Assembly (NCBI GenBank): GCA_963693365.1
Contig: CAVNZM010000011.1
Span: forward strand, 2,402,989-2,466,988
Direction of reading: 5' to 3'
Length of the DNA stretch: 64,000 nt
From: Amoebidium appalachense
Taxonomy: Eukaryota; Protista; Ichthyosporea
Shown here one piece after another: positions 1-64,000 of the stretch. A program made the position numbers and the translations under genes. A model generated the notes under the pieces. The model saw only the letters and a list, made by a program, of their open reading frames with translations, was not told where the DNA came from and did not search any database. Within the stretch, counting starts at the first letter, position 1, and every line of letters starts with the position of its first letter.

Positions 1-586
1 GCTTCCGTTGTCTGGCATGACAGAATTTGACCGTTAACCCTATTTAACCTCAACTCTCTTATTCTGATACCATTTCTCTCGCACCTCCCCCACCCCAATT
101 GGCCTCACCTGACCGATTTTTCTTTGTTTGCATGAAGTTGCATCCCACCTCCCCTCATCACCAACGAGCACAATGCATAAAGAACCAGCATGCCTGCAAA
201 CACGATGCAACCTTACATATGCCCTTCACCACTCTTTTCACACCTAACTATCATGTAACCCCCCCTCCCCCCCTCCCCCCCCCCCCTCCCCCCGCCCCCC
301 TCTCCACCCCCACCACCCCCACCCCTTCAAAAAAGAAAGAAAAAGAAAAAGAACACAAAAAAGTTCATTCTACCCTCCCCCATAAACTGTGTATGCTTAC
401 CACCGTTCATGCACCCTCCTCCACCCCACAAACACATACCTCCTTTAGTTTGGCACTCTTTGCCCATTTTATTTCTCCTGGCACCCATAACATGCCCTCC
501 CTTCTAGTATTGTTCCTTTTTGCCTTTTCCGGATCCCCTCCTCCTCCCCTTCCTTCACCATTCTCCCTCCGTCCCTCTCATCTTCC

Positions 587-623
<37 letters not shown>

Positions 624-657
624 CCTTTACCCACCCCTAACACATATTGCCTCACAG

Positions 658-21893
<21,236 letters not shown>

Positions 21894-21898
21894 ATTCT

Positions 21899-26863
<4,965 letters not shown>

Positions 26864-28270
26864 CTGAACGGCATGTGAGTCAGGGGTGCACGCAATATGT
26901 TTTAATAAAACAGATTGTTTGCTGGTGTACCTGACTTCGTCCTCCACAAACACTTCCCCCCCCCCCCCCCCCCCCCCCCAAAACACACGCACACACACAC
27001 GCACACACACACACACAAAAAAAAAAAAAGAAAGAAAGAAAGAAAGAAAGAAAAGCACCTATGCACCAAAACACACACACATAGGGAGGGGGAGGGGGGG
27101 GGGGGGGGAGGGGGGGGGGGGGGGGGGGGGGTGGGCACAAACACGCATCTATAAACATAGGCGCAAAGAAGCGACAACAAGCCATTGTGTGTAAGTCATA
27201 CAGAAATCGGTTTCAGGGCCGCACACACACGGCAACTCGACAGTGCACACGCACTCACCTACCCACCCACCACACCCAAACCCACTCACACACACACACC
27301 CACACACACACAACCAAAGAGAAGAGACAGAAAGAAAGAAAGAAGGACATGAAAGCATCTTTCGCGCATCCACAGCGCACCCACAAACACGCACAACAGC
27401 CGCTCCTCCCATCCACTCTCTCTCTCTCTCTCTCTCTCCCCCCCCCCCCCCCCTCCCCCTTCCCCCCCCTCAACCCTCCCTCCCCTCCCTTCACCAAAAA
27501 AAAATTTAAAAACGAGGGGGTAAATGATTAAATAATCGCAGGAACAAAGTATGTGTGCGCAAAACACAGGAAACAACAACAAGCATGTCCACCAAGATTT
27601 ACAAGCACCCAAAAGAAGCCCCGTGTGGTCATTAGTCTTAAACCCCCTGACAACCCCTTCCAAAGCCCTCCCCATTCACATTCACCCCTCTCTCATATGC
27701 ACATACCCAGTCCCTGCTACTCCCAACCAACCCCCTTAAACACTGCACATGTTCTGAGATACCTCCGTCCCTCCTTCAGCCCAACCCCAATTCATGAATA
27801 GAACAGAAAGCAATATTGTTCTATCTCCTCCGGACCCCTGCTTGTCAAAAGGCATTCAACGCCAGTACACAAAAATGATCAGCACATCTCCAGGCAACGG
27901 CAGTAGTCCCCCTCCTAACAAAATTAACAACAGTAAATTCTCCCTACTAATAAACATATATGGAAATGTGCTAGGTTTGTCTTCATCCACACCCCAACTC
28001 CAACAAGACAGAAAATGAACGCCGACTGTTCAAACATAAATGCGTCTGCAGGTAGTTTGTGTGCCTGTTCTAAAACCTTGTATGTTGGACGGTTGAGACC
28101 CTACCATCGCACAATAACATGCAACTAACGTTATATGTGAGAGTGTGCTGGTTGTCGAATGAATGGTGACACGTGCACGCTGCGCCTTCCTCCCCCTCCC
28201 CCCTCCCCCCCCCCCCCCCACCCCCCCCCCCGCCGCCGCCGTCGCCCCGCCCCTTCTTCCTCCACGAACC

Positions 28271-28304
<34 letters not shown>

Positions 28305-28326
28305 CACACACACGCGCGCGCGCGCG

Positions 28327-28377
<51 letters not shown>

Positions 28378-29275
28378 CACACACCAGTCCAAGGCCGCGT
28401 CAAACGATGGTGAAAGATTATTGCTGGCTAAATGAGAGGTGAACTGTCAATTTCGCATTAAAAAAAAACAACGTGCAGGCCAACCAAAAGATTACCTGAC
28501 CATTGGAACCGGGGCGTGGAGGGAGGAGGGATTAGAGGAAAAGAGAATAAAATGCCAGCACGTCATGTACTTAAAAAGCACGCACGAGTCGACGTACCTT
28601 TGTTACCAGTGACCTCTGCACTTGTGGTGAGGGGGCAACAATGGCCCTAGATGCAACTTAGAACTGTCTTAGTCAAAAAGACGGGCGTGATGGTTGCAAT
28701 CACGCTCCGTATAGGAGGTAGTCTCCTGGACTAATAAAGCGTAAGACTTCAAATCGGTGACAAGTCTCGGAACAAACATCTAGGAAAAGTACGTAGTGAG
28801 CAATTGATAGTTTCCTTATGTAGGATGTGATCTCTGCCTTCTACACCCGTCTTCCCAATTTCAGCGTACTAATAAGAGGATAGGATAATGATACTTGAGA
28901 GGTGACCAGAATCACTTTCAAAAACATCACATTAGTTGGCGTTCTTTGCTTGCCTAAGGGTCACAGAGAGAGAGGTGGCAGGACAGAAAACTTATGGCGC
29001 GCGCCACCTGAGGACGTACGCCGTACACAAAGACCGATCCTTATTACCATCAGCCAAGAATGTAGCCATGCTAATCGCTCTTTTGGTCAGGAACCAACCA
29101 AAAGCTCACAAAAAGCGATTAATTGTCGATTACAGCAACACAAAGGTGAGATCGAGTGGATCTCTGCTTTATCTTTGCCAGTCTGCGCTGTTGGAATGCA
29201 TGAGAGAGCCTCGATTCTTCCGGCCGGTGGCCGGTGAGCTCCACCACGGCAGCTGCGTGCACACTACAAAGGCTT

Positions 29276-29313
<38 letters not shown>

Positions 29314-30423
29314 GCACACACACACACTCACACACACACACACTCACACACACACACTCACACACACACAAGCACACGTTGAACATCGACAAACACACGT
29401 GCACAGCCTGGAGTTGTTCTCCCATATGGCTGTGTTACGGGCTCACTCTGTACGGTTGATATTGTGTGCTGCCTTGGGCTCGTACCCACCTTCAGGACGG
29501 CAAAAAAACATTTCAAACCTAAAAGGATAACGGCTGCCGAGTGCGGGGCCTCCATCTGCAAAACATGGGCCGAAGTCTTGTCCCCGGGCTCCTGATCATG
29601 TGGCCCAGTCACGTATGCGGACAAATGCTGAATCACGGACACAGTTGAGCAAGGAAGTGTACGTCAAACTGACTGTCTGTGCCAAACAGACGATGGGGGA
29701 TGAGGCGCGCGGGGCGCGCGGTGGGGGGAGGAGGGAGAGGGGGGGGGGGGGGGGGAGAAGAGAGAGAGAGAGGGGGTGAGGGAGAAAGGAAGGAAGGGGG
29801 GAGTGAGGGAGGGAGAGTAAACAATTTTCATTGTTAATTCACTGTAAAAGCCTTCGGAAAAACACACTTTCAACCTCACCGTCCCCCCAACACGCATGCT
29901 TGCACACTCACATACACCCACACACACCCCCGTGACAAAGAACTTAAATGCAAAAAAAAGTGGATATGGGGAAGAAAGAAAACATCACCATTCAAGGTTA
30001 TATTCATTTTGTACGTTCACAACCTCCCTGGCAGAAATAAGGTTGGGGAAGATAGGTACAGAGGGAAGCACCCCGGGCGTTGATCTATGCAGCACCGTTT
30101 ACGGGAAAACTGAAAGCTCTTTAACCCAATTATGCTCCTGGGTTGAGCAACTGGTACAGGTATGTCTGTCTGACCGTTTGGCTATACAGTCGACTTTTGC
30201 TAATGCTAAAAAAGATAGAGGCAGGAAAATGGCAAGAACACCTGCAGTGGCTGCCAGCGACCTACACAACAGCCATGTGTAAGCATCTAGCCAAGACTAA
30301 TAAAAAGCGATCCATGACGGGGGCCTAGCTGGGACAGTCACCACTTCCACAATAGAATGGGGTTTACGCTGTCTACTCGAGGCATAGAGAGGAACTCTAG
30401 GAACATCAACAAGGCATGCGGCT

Positions 30424-31108
30424 CTATGCCTGGAAGTCCTGGTCATTGCCATCCACAAAGCCATCACAGTCGTTGTCCTTTCCGTCGTTGCAGTCTGTCT
30501 CCTTGCCAGGTGCAAACCCACCACACACGCCACCAACATCGGCGCACAGCTCGTCTTGATTCTGCTCACCATCATCACAGCGGCCGGGCGTTTCAAAGCG
30601 GAAGCGCCAGACTTTCTGGTTCTTTGCGTTCTGGTCGCTGGTGATGTAAAACGTGCAGCCGTCGGCATAGACACCCTCCTGGCCCGGTGACGTCACCTTG
30701 GGGAATTTCTTCTCCCAGCCCAGATGCTTGCCCTCTGGCGTGTAGGCCTGAGGAGCACCATGCAAGTTTAGCATCGAAAAGCAGCAACTGAAAAAGCGAG
30801 AGTCGAATTTTAAAGCCAAACAGCCATAGAAGTCTTCATACAACATGATGTTGCCTTTTCTCTCTCTTTGCCTCCATCTCTGTTTCCCTCTCCTTTCTCC
30901 GTCCTCCCTCTCTCCATCTTCCTCCCCCGGAAAGTGAGTACCTCTCGTATCATAAACTGCCACGCAACTCCTGCAGCTCTCGCTTTTTGTTTTCATCAGC
31001 AATTCACCCATACCGTTACAACCAACTAGCCCACCCTCGGACCCCATCTAAGGTTTCTTGAAAACTGTAAAACTGAAAGGCGTGGGTTTTTTTTTTGTTT
31101 TTTTTTCT

Positions 31109-31151
<43 letters not shown>

Positions 31152-31784
31152 GGGATGAGTACGTACAATAATCGTGTCTTCACGGTCGGAGGACACAAAC
31201 AGGACACCATTATTTGCGCCACCAATCGTAGCCATAGGGTAGAAGCACATGCTCGATACTTCCGTGAGCCCAGGGGGATGAATTTCCATGTCACACTTAT
31301 ACCGCTTTGCTGGGTCTGCGTGGGGATCAGTGCGGATAGGAACATGGCACTTGCCACGAACGGTGCCGAGATTTTGATCACCGACGTAGAACGTGCCACC
31401 CTCAGGGTGGCTCTTGTCGGGGATCCAAGTGATGCCCTCAATGCCATCGTTTGCGTTTTTCTTGCGTGGTATGCCCTTTTCAAGGGGGAAGTCAATCAGC
31501 CACGTGCGTACCTCCCTGTTGCGGTCGATGTCCCACTCACGTAGGAAAGCGGTACCCTCACCCCCCTCAAACTCGGAGTTGATGAAGATGGAGCTGCTCT
31601 CTGGGTGTGTGTATGTGACTGCCTCGTTGTCTCCCTTGACGTCAAAACATTCACAATATTGCCGTCGGGGTCAAGAATGGCGTACTGACCTTCATCACTG
31701 ACCACCACCAGCTTGCCCAGCCGGTGGTGGAAGTTAACATCGGAAGGCCCAAACTCCTTGTCGCAGTGGCGGCCCTTGTCCTTT
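30424..31784 (-). CDS. SdiA-regulated/YjiK-like beta-propeller protein with C-terminal Cys/Asp motifs (CxDGxDNDCDG); one frameshift; 5' end unresolved
   Basis: Exon 31784-31167: PSDVNFHHRLGKLVVVSDEGQYAILDPDGNI / frameshift / FDVKGDNEAVTY..NDGIEGITWIPDKSHPEGGTFYVGDQ..LFVSSDREDTII. Intron 31166-30748. Exon 30747-30424: AYTPEG..QEGVY..FYITSD..CDDGEQNQDELCADVGGVC..ETDCNDGKDNDCDGFVD*. Family assignment is by recalled motifs. Confidence 0.7.
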
Positions 31785-32519
31785 CTGAAGTCCCACACAA
31801 GGAGCTCGCTACCCACCCTCCGTTAGACTATGAGAGAAGACTTGAAACCCTTCTCTCAGAAAAACTGAACCCACCGGAACGCACAGAGTTGCTTTTTGAA
31901 CTGTTGAGAAAAATTCCGTGGAAGGTGATAAGATTCACGCAACGTTGTTGTCAGGAGTCGAAATTGTTGAATACCTCAAAATGAGAGGAGGTGTGTACCT
32001 ACATTGCAACAAATGAAAACTTGTTTTCTGTATATTCTGGCTTTACTTTTCAATATAGTTAAGGTGGGGTTGATGCATGTACGGTTTCATGGTCATACTC
32101 TTCTAATAGAACCTTGTAGGGAGGGAAGACCTACTACAAATTCAAACCCTGAATATACAGCGCAAATTTCCATATATGGTAACCGTTCACTTGATCGCCG
32201 ATCCGAGTAGATGCAGATATATCCGGAATATTGGCATTTCGTAATCTTTCCATCTGTGGGCCAGTAGAGTTAAATATAGCTTGAAGAGGCATGAGGTTTT
32301 CTATTGTTAGAGTCTGCCGGGCCAGGCCAAGGATGTTTGCGTCATCATGCGGACAGGCTTCAACAGGCTCACTTGCAAGCTGGCGCACACTCGTGTACGG
32401 TACCTATCATACGTAGAGTTCCACTCTCTTCAACGGTTGGGCACATACGCACGAACGCACACGCATATGTACAGCAGTCGAAAGCACAGGCCACAGGTAT
32501 AGACTGTACTTAATCTGAC

Positions 32520-32807
32520 ACCAGTGGACAGACGTTAATGCGTCAAGGCGTGGATGGAATGTTCTCACAGGAACTCGGCACAAATAATACCGTAACTTCG
32601 GAATAATCTCACACTTGAATAGTGCACTGTTGCCGGTGCAACACAAGTGAGGTTCTTGTGAGGTTAGTAATTTGGCCAATAACACGCTGTGACAGAATCA
32701 GTCGTTATTTTACCAGAGATTTGGCTTGCTATATGCATGTGCCATATAGGCTGTTTTGTTCACGACTGACAGACATGCTACTGAGGCTCGTGGTTTGACG
32801 AAGCAAC
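32520..32807. promoter_or_regulatory. Probable divergent promoter region
   Basis: Microsatellite-free stretch just upstream of the MYSM1-like ATG (32808) and upstream of the minus-strand propeller gene; no specific motif identified. Confidence 0.3.
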
Positions 32808-47378
<14,571 letters not shown>

Positions 47379-48352
47379 ACTTGTGATAATGATTAGGAAT
47401 TAATGTAGTATGTGCTTGTGGATGCCTGTCGGAATGGTACAGATAGTCATTATTAATAAGGTCGTTGTACAAGTCTTTGCTTTTGTGGGGTTTGTATTGC
47501 TTTGGTCTTGTGTGCGGTTGATACTAATAATTAGTAGGTATTTTGTTTGAAATGTGTGACGACCATTTACAGTGTAATCTGTGATTGACAGATAGAATGG
47601 TCTTTTGACGTATGTATGCAGCCATGTAGGTTATGTGCTCATGTGGTATGAAAGAAACGAGTTTTAAATGTTGTGTTTTAAATGTAAATTTCGAATGAAC
47701 TAAGACCCATTTCTCTTCTGCGCATGGACCAATAGTATAATCATGAAAAAAAAAAAGTCCCGGTGCACTTGTTGGTGCGTGTTTTCGTGGGTTGAGCTTT
47801 TCGGAATTGGAATTTGGGTCTTTGGTGGAATTTTGCATGGCGGCGCCGAGTATGAGTAATTGTGTGGGGGCACGGGACATGTACATATTGTTTTCAACCC
47901 CAAAACTCACCTCTGATTCTGAACACTGTGACCGAGTTTGGAGCCCCTCTTTGCCACTTCGACGTTCCCCTCGCCCCTCATCCGCCAACCTTCCCCCCCC
48001 CCCCCTCTCCCCCCGCCTCCCCCACGCACATGCACACATGTACAAGAATGCACCCACCCACCCCAACCTCAATTCAACCCGTGTTCTCCGATAGATGTTT
48101 CTTTCTTTTCTTTGATTCTCCGTGTTTCTTCCCCATTAGCGAAAGGTCTCTAGCATGAGCAACACTTTAAGAAGCATACACTACCTGTACTGCGAACAGG
48201 AGATCCCTCCCCTCCCCCCACCCACCCTCCCTTTCCCCCTTCTTCCTCCCTGCTCCCCCGCGCTCATTCCCTCATTGCCTGAAGGTCACAAAATATGAAG
48301 GGAAATGGCGGCAAGGATGGCTGTACCACGCGGAAAGAAGGGGAGAGAGGGT

Positions 48353-48387
<35 letters not shown>

Positions 48388-50726
48388 GCCGGAGGGGGGG
48401 GGAGGAATTCGTTTCAACTTGCTAATGCTCATTGGCTCATCAAGATTATGTTGCCTTATTTGATGCATATGTCATGCTGACACATGCACTCAGCAGATTG
48501 TTGGCATAATTGAGCCAAGGTCTCACAACATACATTCCTGTCATTGATGCAACGGGTAGAGGAAGAGGGGGCCCATGTGCTCTGATGCGGAAAGTTTAAG
48601 TGCCCATTTACTAGTGATATCATAAAGCAAATAGCACGCCCAAAGGCTCGGGCACGTGAGCATGCAGCGTCTCAGTGGCGAGGAAAGGCCTTGCAGCTTC
48701 GGAAGGGGCAGCTGGGGAACGAAGGGGGGGGGGGAGGTTTAATTTAAGGCGGAAGATTTGAAAGAATGGATATCGACATCTAATAGATAATATGGTGGCC
48801 GTTGGGAGGCCCGGGTTTGAATATGTGTGTTTTTGTGTGTGTGGGTGGTGTAGGTATTCCGAGACGCTATGGGAAGTATTATCATGCATGTGTGTGTGTG
48901 TGTGTGTGTAAGGGAAGACTGCAGGGAGGTGTGGGGGCCTGGGGTTTGTGCGTTTGTGTGTGTGAGGGCCGTAACCCAGTAGCTATAAAGGCGTGCTGTT
49001 GCAGTTTTACGCTAGGGAGGGGAAAGAGTGCCACAGTGAGCAGCTGGCTCACTTGAGCAAGTTGAGCTGCAACAGACGATTGTGATTGGTTAGCTTCACC
49101 AATCGCTGTAGCAATAAAAATCTCACTAGAGCTTATTCTTGATATATGAACAAACGAGATATTTCGTTATCCCGAAAATATACGGCAAACAAAAATCAAT
49201 ACAGCAGAGTCTCGGGAACTTAAGGCGCCTTAATAAGCAAATGATGGCTGAACTGCTCGAGTCGCGTGCCAATTTGCGCTCATCAGCTGAACCGCCGGAC
49301 AAGATGCACGCGGTTGTTGTCTGTATTTCGGCTTTTAGCCGTAAAAAGCACAAGCTCATGACAACTGGGTAGCTGCTGAGAGTGTCTATAGAAGCACTAC
49401 CTATCGCTTTCGCCTTACTACTGCAGGAAGACCTCACGAAAAGGGTGGCAAACATATGCACTTCACTATGTACTTGGGCATCAATCAACGAAACATGACC
49501 CTACCCTTGATGACGTCATCATTCCTATGTGACGACCCCGTGCCTCGGTCCGTATGTAACGCCCTCCCCCTCGAGCGATCCGCCCGTTCCTCAGGAATCG
49601 CCCCTACTCTTCCTAGATCATATGGAAAACTTTGTATATCCCACTGGCACTTCCAGCTACGTTTCGCCAAAATGGGATTGAGCTGGCGCGGTCAGCTACC
49701 GGCCATACACGAATACAGAGTCACGCTGCTCCCTCACCGCCCCCTTTGCTTCCTCATGCAAGCAGCTCCCCCAGCTAACCGTAGGGATGACCTCCCCACA
49801 TGAAAGTGGTCACTGACCAAGTCGGTTCATGTCGCATGTGAAATTCAATACACCGGGATAGTTTTGCACCAGAACGTCTCCCTAGACTGTAGAGGTCAGG
49901 CCACTGAAGTGACTGAACCAACGTTCGATATGGAGTTTTGCCAGCTGCCAGATGAATTCCCTCTCACCTCACAGAACCTACCATCTTCCTGGAAACACAT
50001 ATATGATCCCGGCATAATGCACATTGCCAGGCACACTGTCAGGCACACGTACACAGTAACAGGTACGTACGAACATGAGCCAGCGCCGCGCAGACAGCCA
50101 CACACAGGCACACAGTAATGCACACACCAGGTCTACAAACACAGTGTCACCGATCTACAGCCATCCACGGACCGAGCTCTTAGACATCTTCCCTCGCAGG
50201 CCATGCGATTGCAAATCTATTAACTGTATTCGTTTGCAAATCATTTGAATTTTATTTTTCTCTCTCTGATACTCGGGGTACTGATGAAGTCGAACACCCT
50301 GAATTATCATATCTATTTTATGTAAAAGATAATCGAGATATATATTCCAGCGTGCAAACAGGCTTCATAAACATATGTACAAAGAGGTAGGGACAGCAAT
50401 TTTAACTATTTCGATCCACCTTAGATTGACCCTAAGGAATAGCACGGCCAGGTGATATTTGGGAAGAATGGTGATGTAAAGTCATAAACACCTATGTACA
50501 TATAGATGGCATTGCATGTATTATATCAATTACAATAAAAAAAAATATATAACTCCTTCGTGCATCCAATTGGTATTGATTGATGTTGTTACGTGAGCAC
50601 CCATTTTCTTGTATCGATATGTATGCATGTCGGGGTATGTTCATTGTTGTGTGCTTGTGTGCATCTGTATGCCCACACGTGTGTTCGTGCAGTGTGTTTG
50701 CGGCCGCTTGTGTATGCTTGTGTAGG

Positions 50727-50766
<40 letters not shown>

Positions 50767-51508
50767 TGTGTATGTGTGTGTGTGTGTATGTGTGTGTGCG
50801 TGTGTGTGTGTGTGTGTGTGAGGGAGAGAGGGAGAGAGGGGGAGAGAGAGAGAGTGTGTGTGTGTGTGTGTGAGGGAGAGAGGGGGAGAGAGAGAGAGTG
50901 TGTGTGTGTGTGTGTGCGTGTGTGTGCATCATGTATGTGTTTGTGTGGGTGTGTATGCGAGCACATGTACAGACCTGTGGCTCGTGGGTATGTGCAGGTA
51001 TGTGTGTGCATGTGTATCTCAGCTTGCATACTTTGTGAAGTGTAAGAGCAACACAAGCGTATTCTGCAGGCATGTACGTGCCTGTGTATGGGCTACGATT
51101 CTGCGGTGGGCAGGGCATGGGTAACACATTAAGACTATCATATGGGCGTGAACTAGAAGCAAGCATATGTACTAATATACTAACCTACATAAGAGCCGGT
51201 CCAATTTAGCATGGGCAGATGTTGAGGAATATTTGAAAGATAAAAAACACGGGTACGAGTGTGTGTGTGTCCATGTGTGTGTGTGTTGTGTTGTTTGCGT
51301 CTTGGTTCTAGCAAATTTCCTCCTTTTTGCCTTTTGGTGGTGGTGCATGCTTGTGTGTGTGTGTGTGTGCGTGCGTGGGCGCACACACCGCATACGCGTG
51401 TGCGCACACATGTGCGTGCATGCGTGCATGCATCTTCGTGTGCGTGCATACCCCCGCATTGGTGTGTGTGTATGTGTAGTGCGGGGGGTGGGGAGGGGGG
51501 GGGGGGTT

Positions 51509-63548
<12,040 letters not shown>

Positions 63549-63665
63549 CTATCTGTTATCTGCCCTCGGATAGCAGTGCACCAACTCCCCCTTCCCCACT
63601 TCCCCCAGCCCGCCCATGCAGTGCGGTGATCTTTCTTTTGTTGTTTGGTTCTAGGCCAGTGAGGA

Positions 63666-63697
<32 letters not shown>

Positions 63698-64000
63698 AGG
63701 TGTTGCCCCACAGGCCACACCCCACCCCACCACCACCAGCTATATATAGCACAATATAACGTATTCCATCCTATGTATCCCCACTCAAATGGTTTCTAGT
63801 CACAGATGCACGGAGAGAGGGACGCATGCAACTACAGCAACTAAGCAGCACTCTCATGTACCACGTATTAGGTTCCTCTTTATCCCCCCCCCCCTCCCAC
63901 CTCACCCCCCCCCCCCCAACCTCTTTCCCGCCTCCCCCCCCCCCCCCCCTCTTCCTCCCCCCCCCCCCGGAACCGCCTCCCCTCCCCACCTCCACTTTCT

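Noticed and set aside
27760-29690. Candidate small minus-strand exons upstream of the receiver gene
   Set aside because: Several frames are possible with no recognisable motif; they cannot be assigned without transcripts.

Overview
Eukaryotic genomic DNA with many small exons separated by introns full of poly-C/poly-G and (GT)n/(CA)n/(CT)n tracts. Nearly all supplied ORFs are microsatellite artefacts, so genes were rebuilt by hand from GT-AG exons. Five genes are supported: (1) an SNX13/14/25-type sorting nexin (+, 5' end outside window) with an extra C2-like domain; (2) a two-component receiver-domain gene (-) whose stop codon lies 5 bp from the sorting-nexin stop; (3) a bacterial-like SdiA-regulated/YjiK beta-propeller gene with a CxDGxDNDCDG tail (-, one frameshift); (4) a MYSM1-like SWIRM+JAMM deubiquitinase (+); (5) an LMBR1-family membrane protein (-). 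This gene set suggests a unicellular opisthokont/holozoan such as an ichthyosporean (inference only). Introns carry three TIR MITEs, a 460-bp near-perfect palindrome and tandem duplications of splice sites. The most striking signal is a non-coding ~400-bp element family (8 copies, 7 loci, 3 subfamilies). It sits at C-runs, has a fixed 3' end and variable 5' truncation, is always sense to the host gene, and contains a covarying pseudoknotted RNA fold. All folds were worked out by eye.
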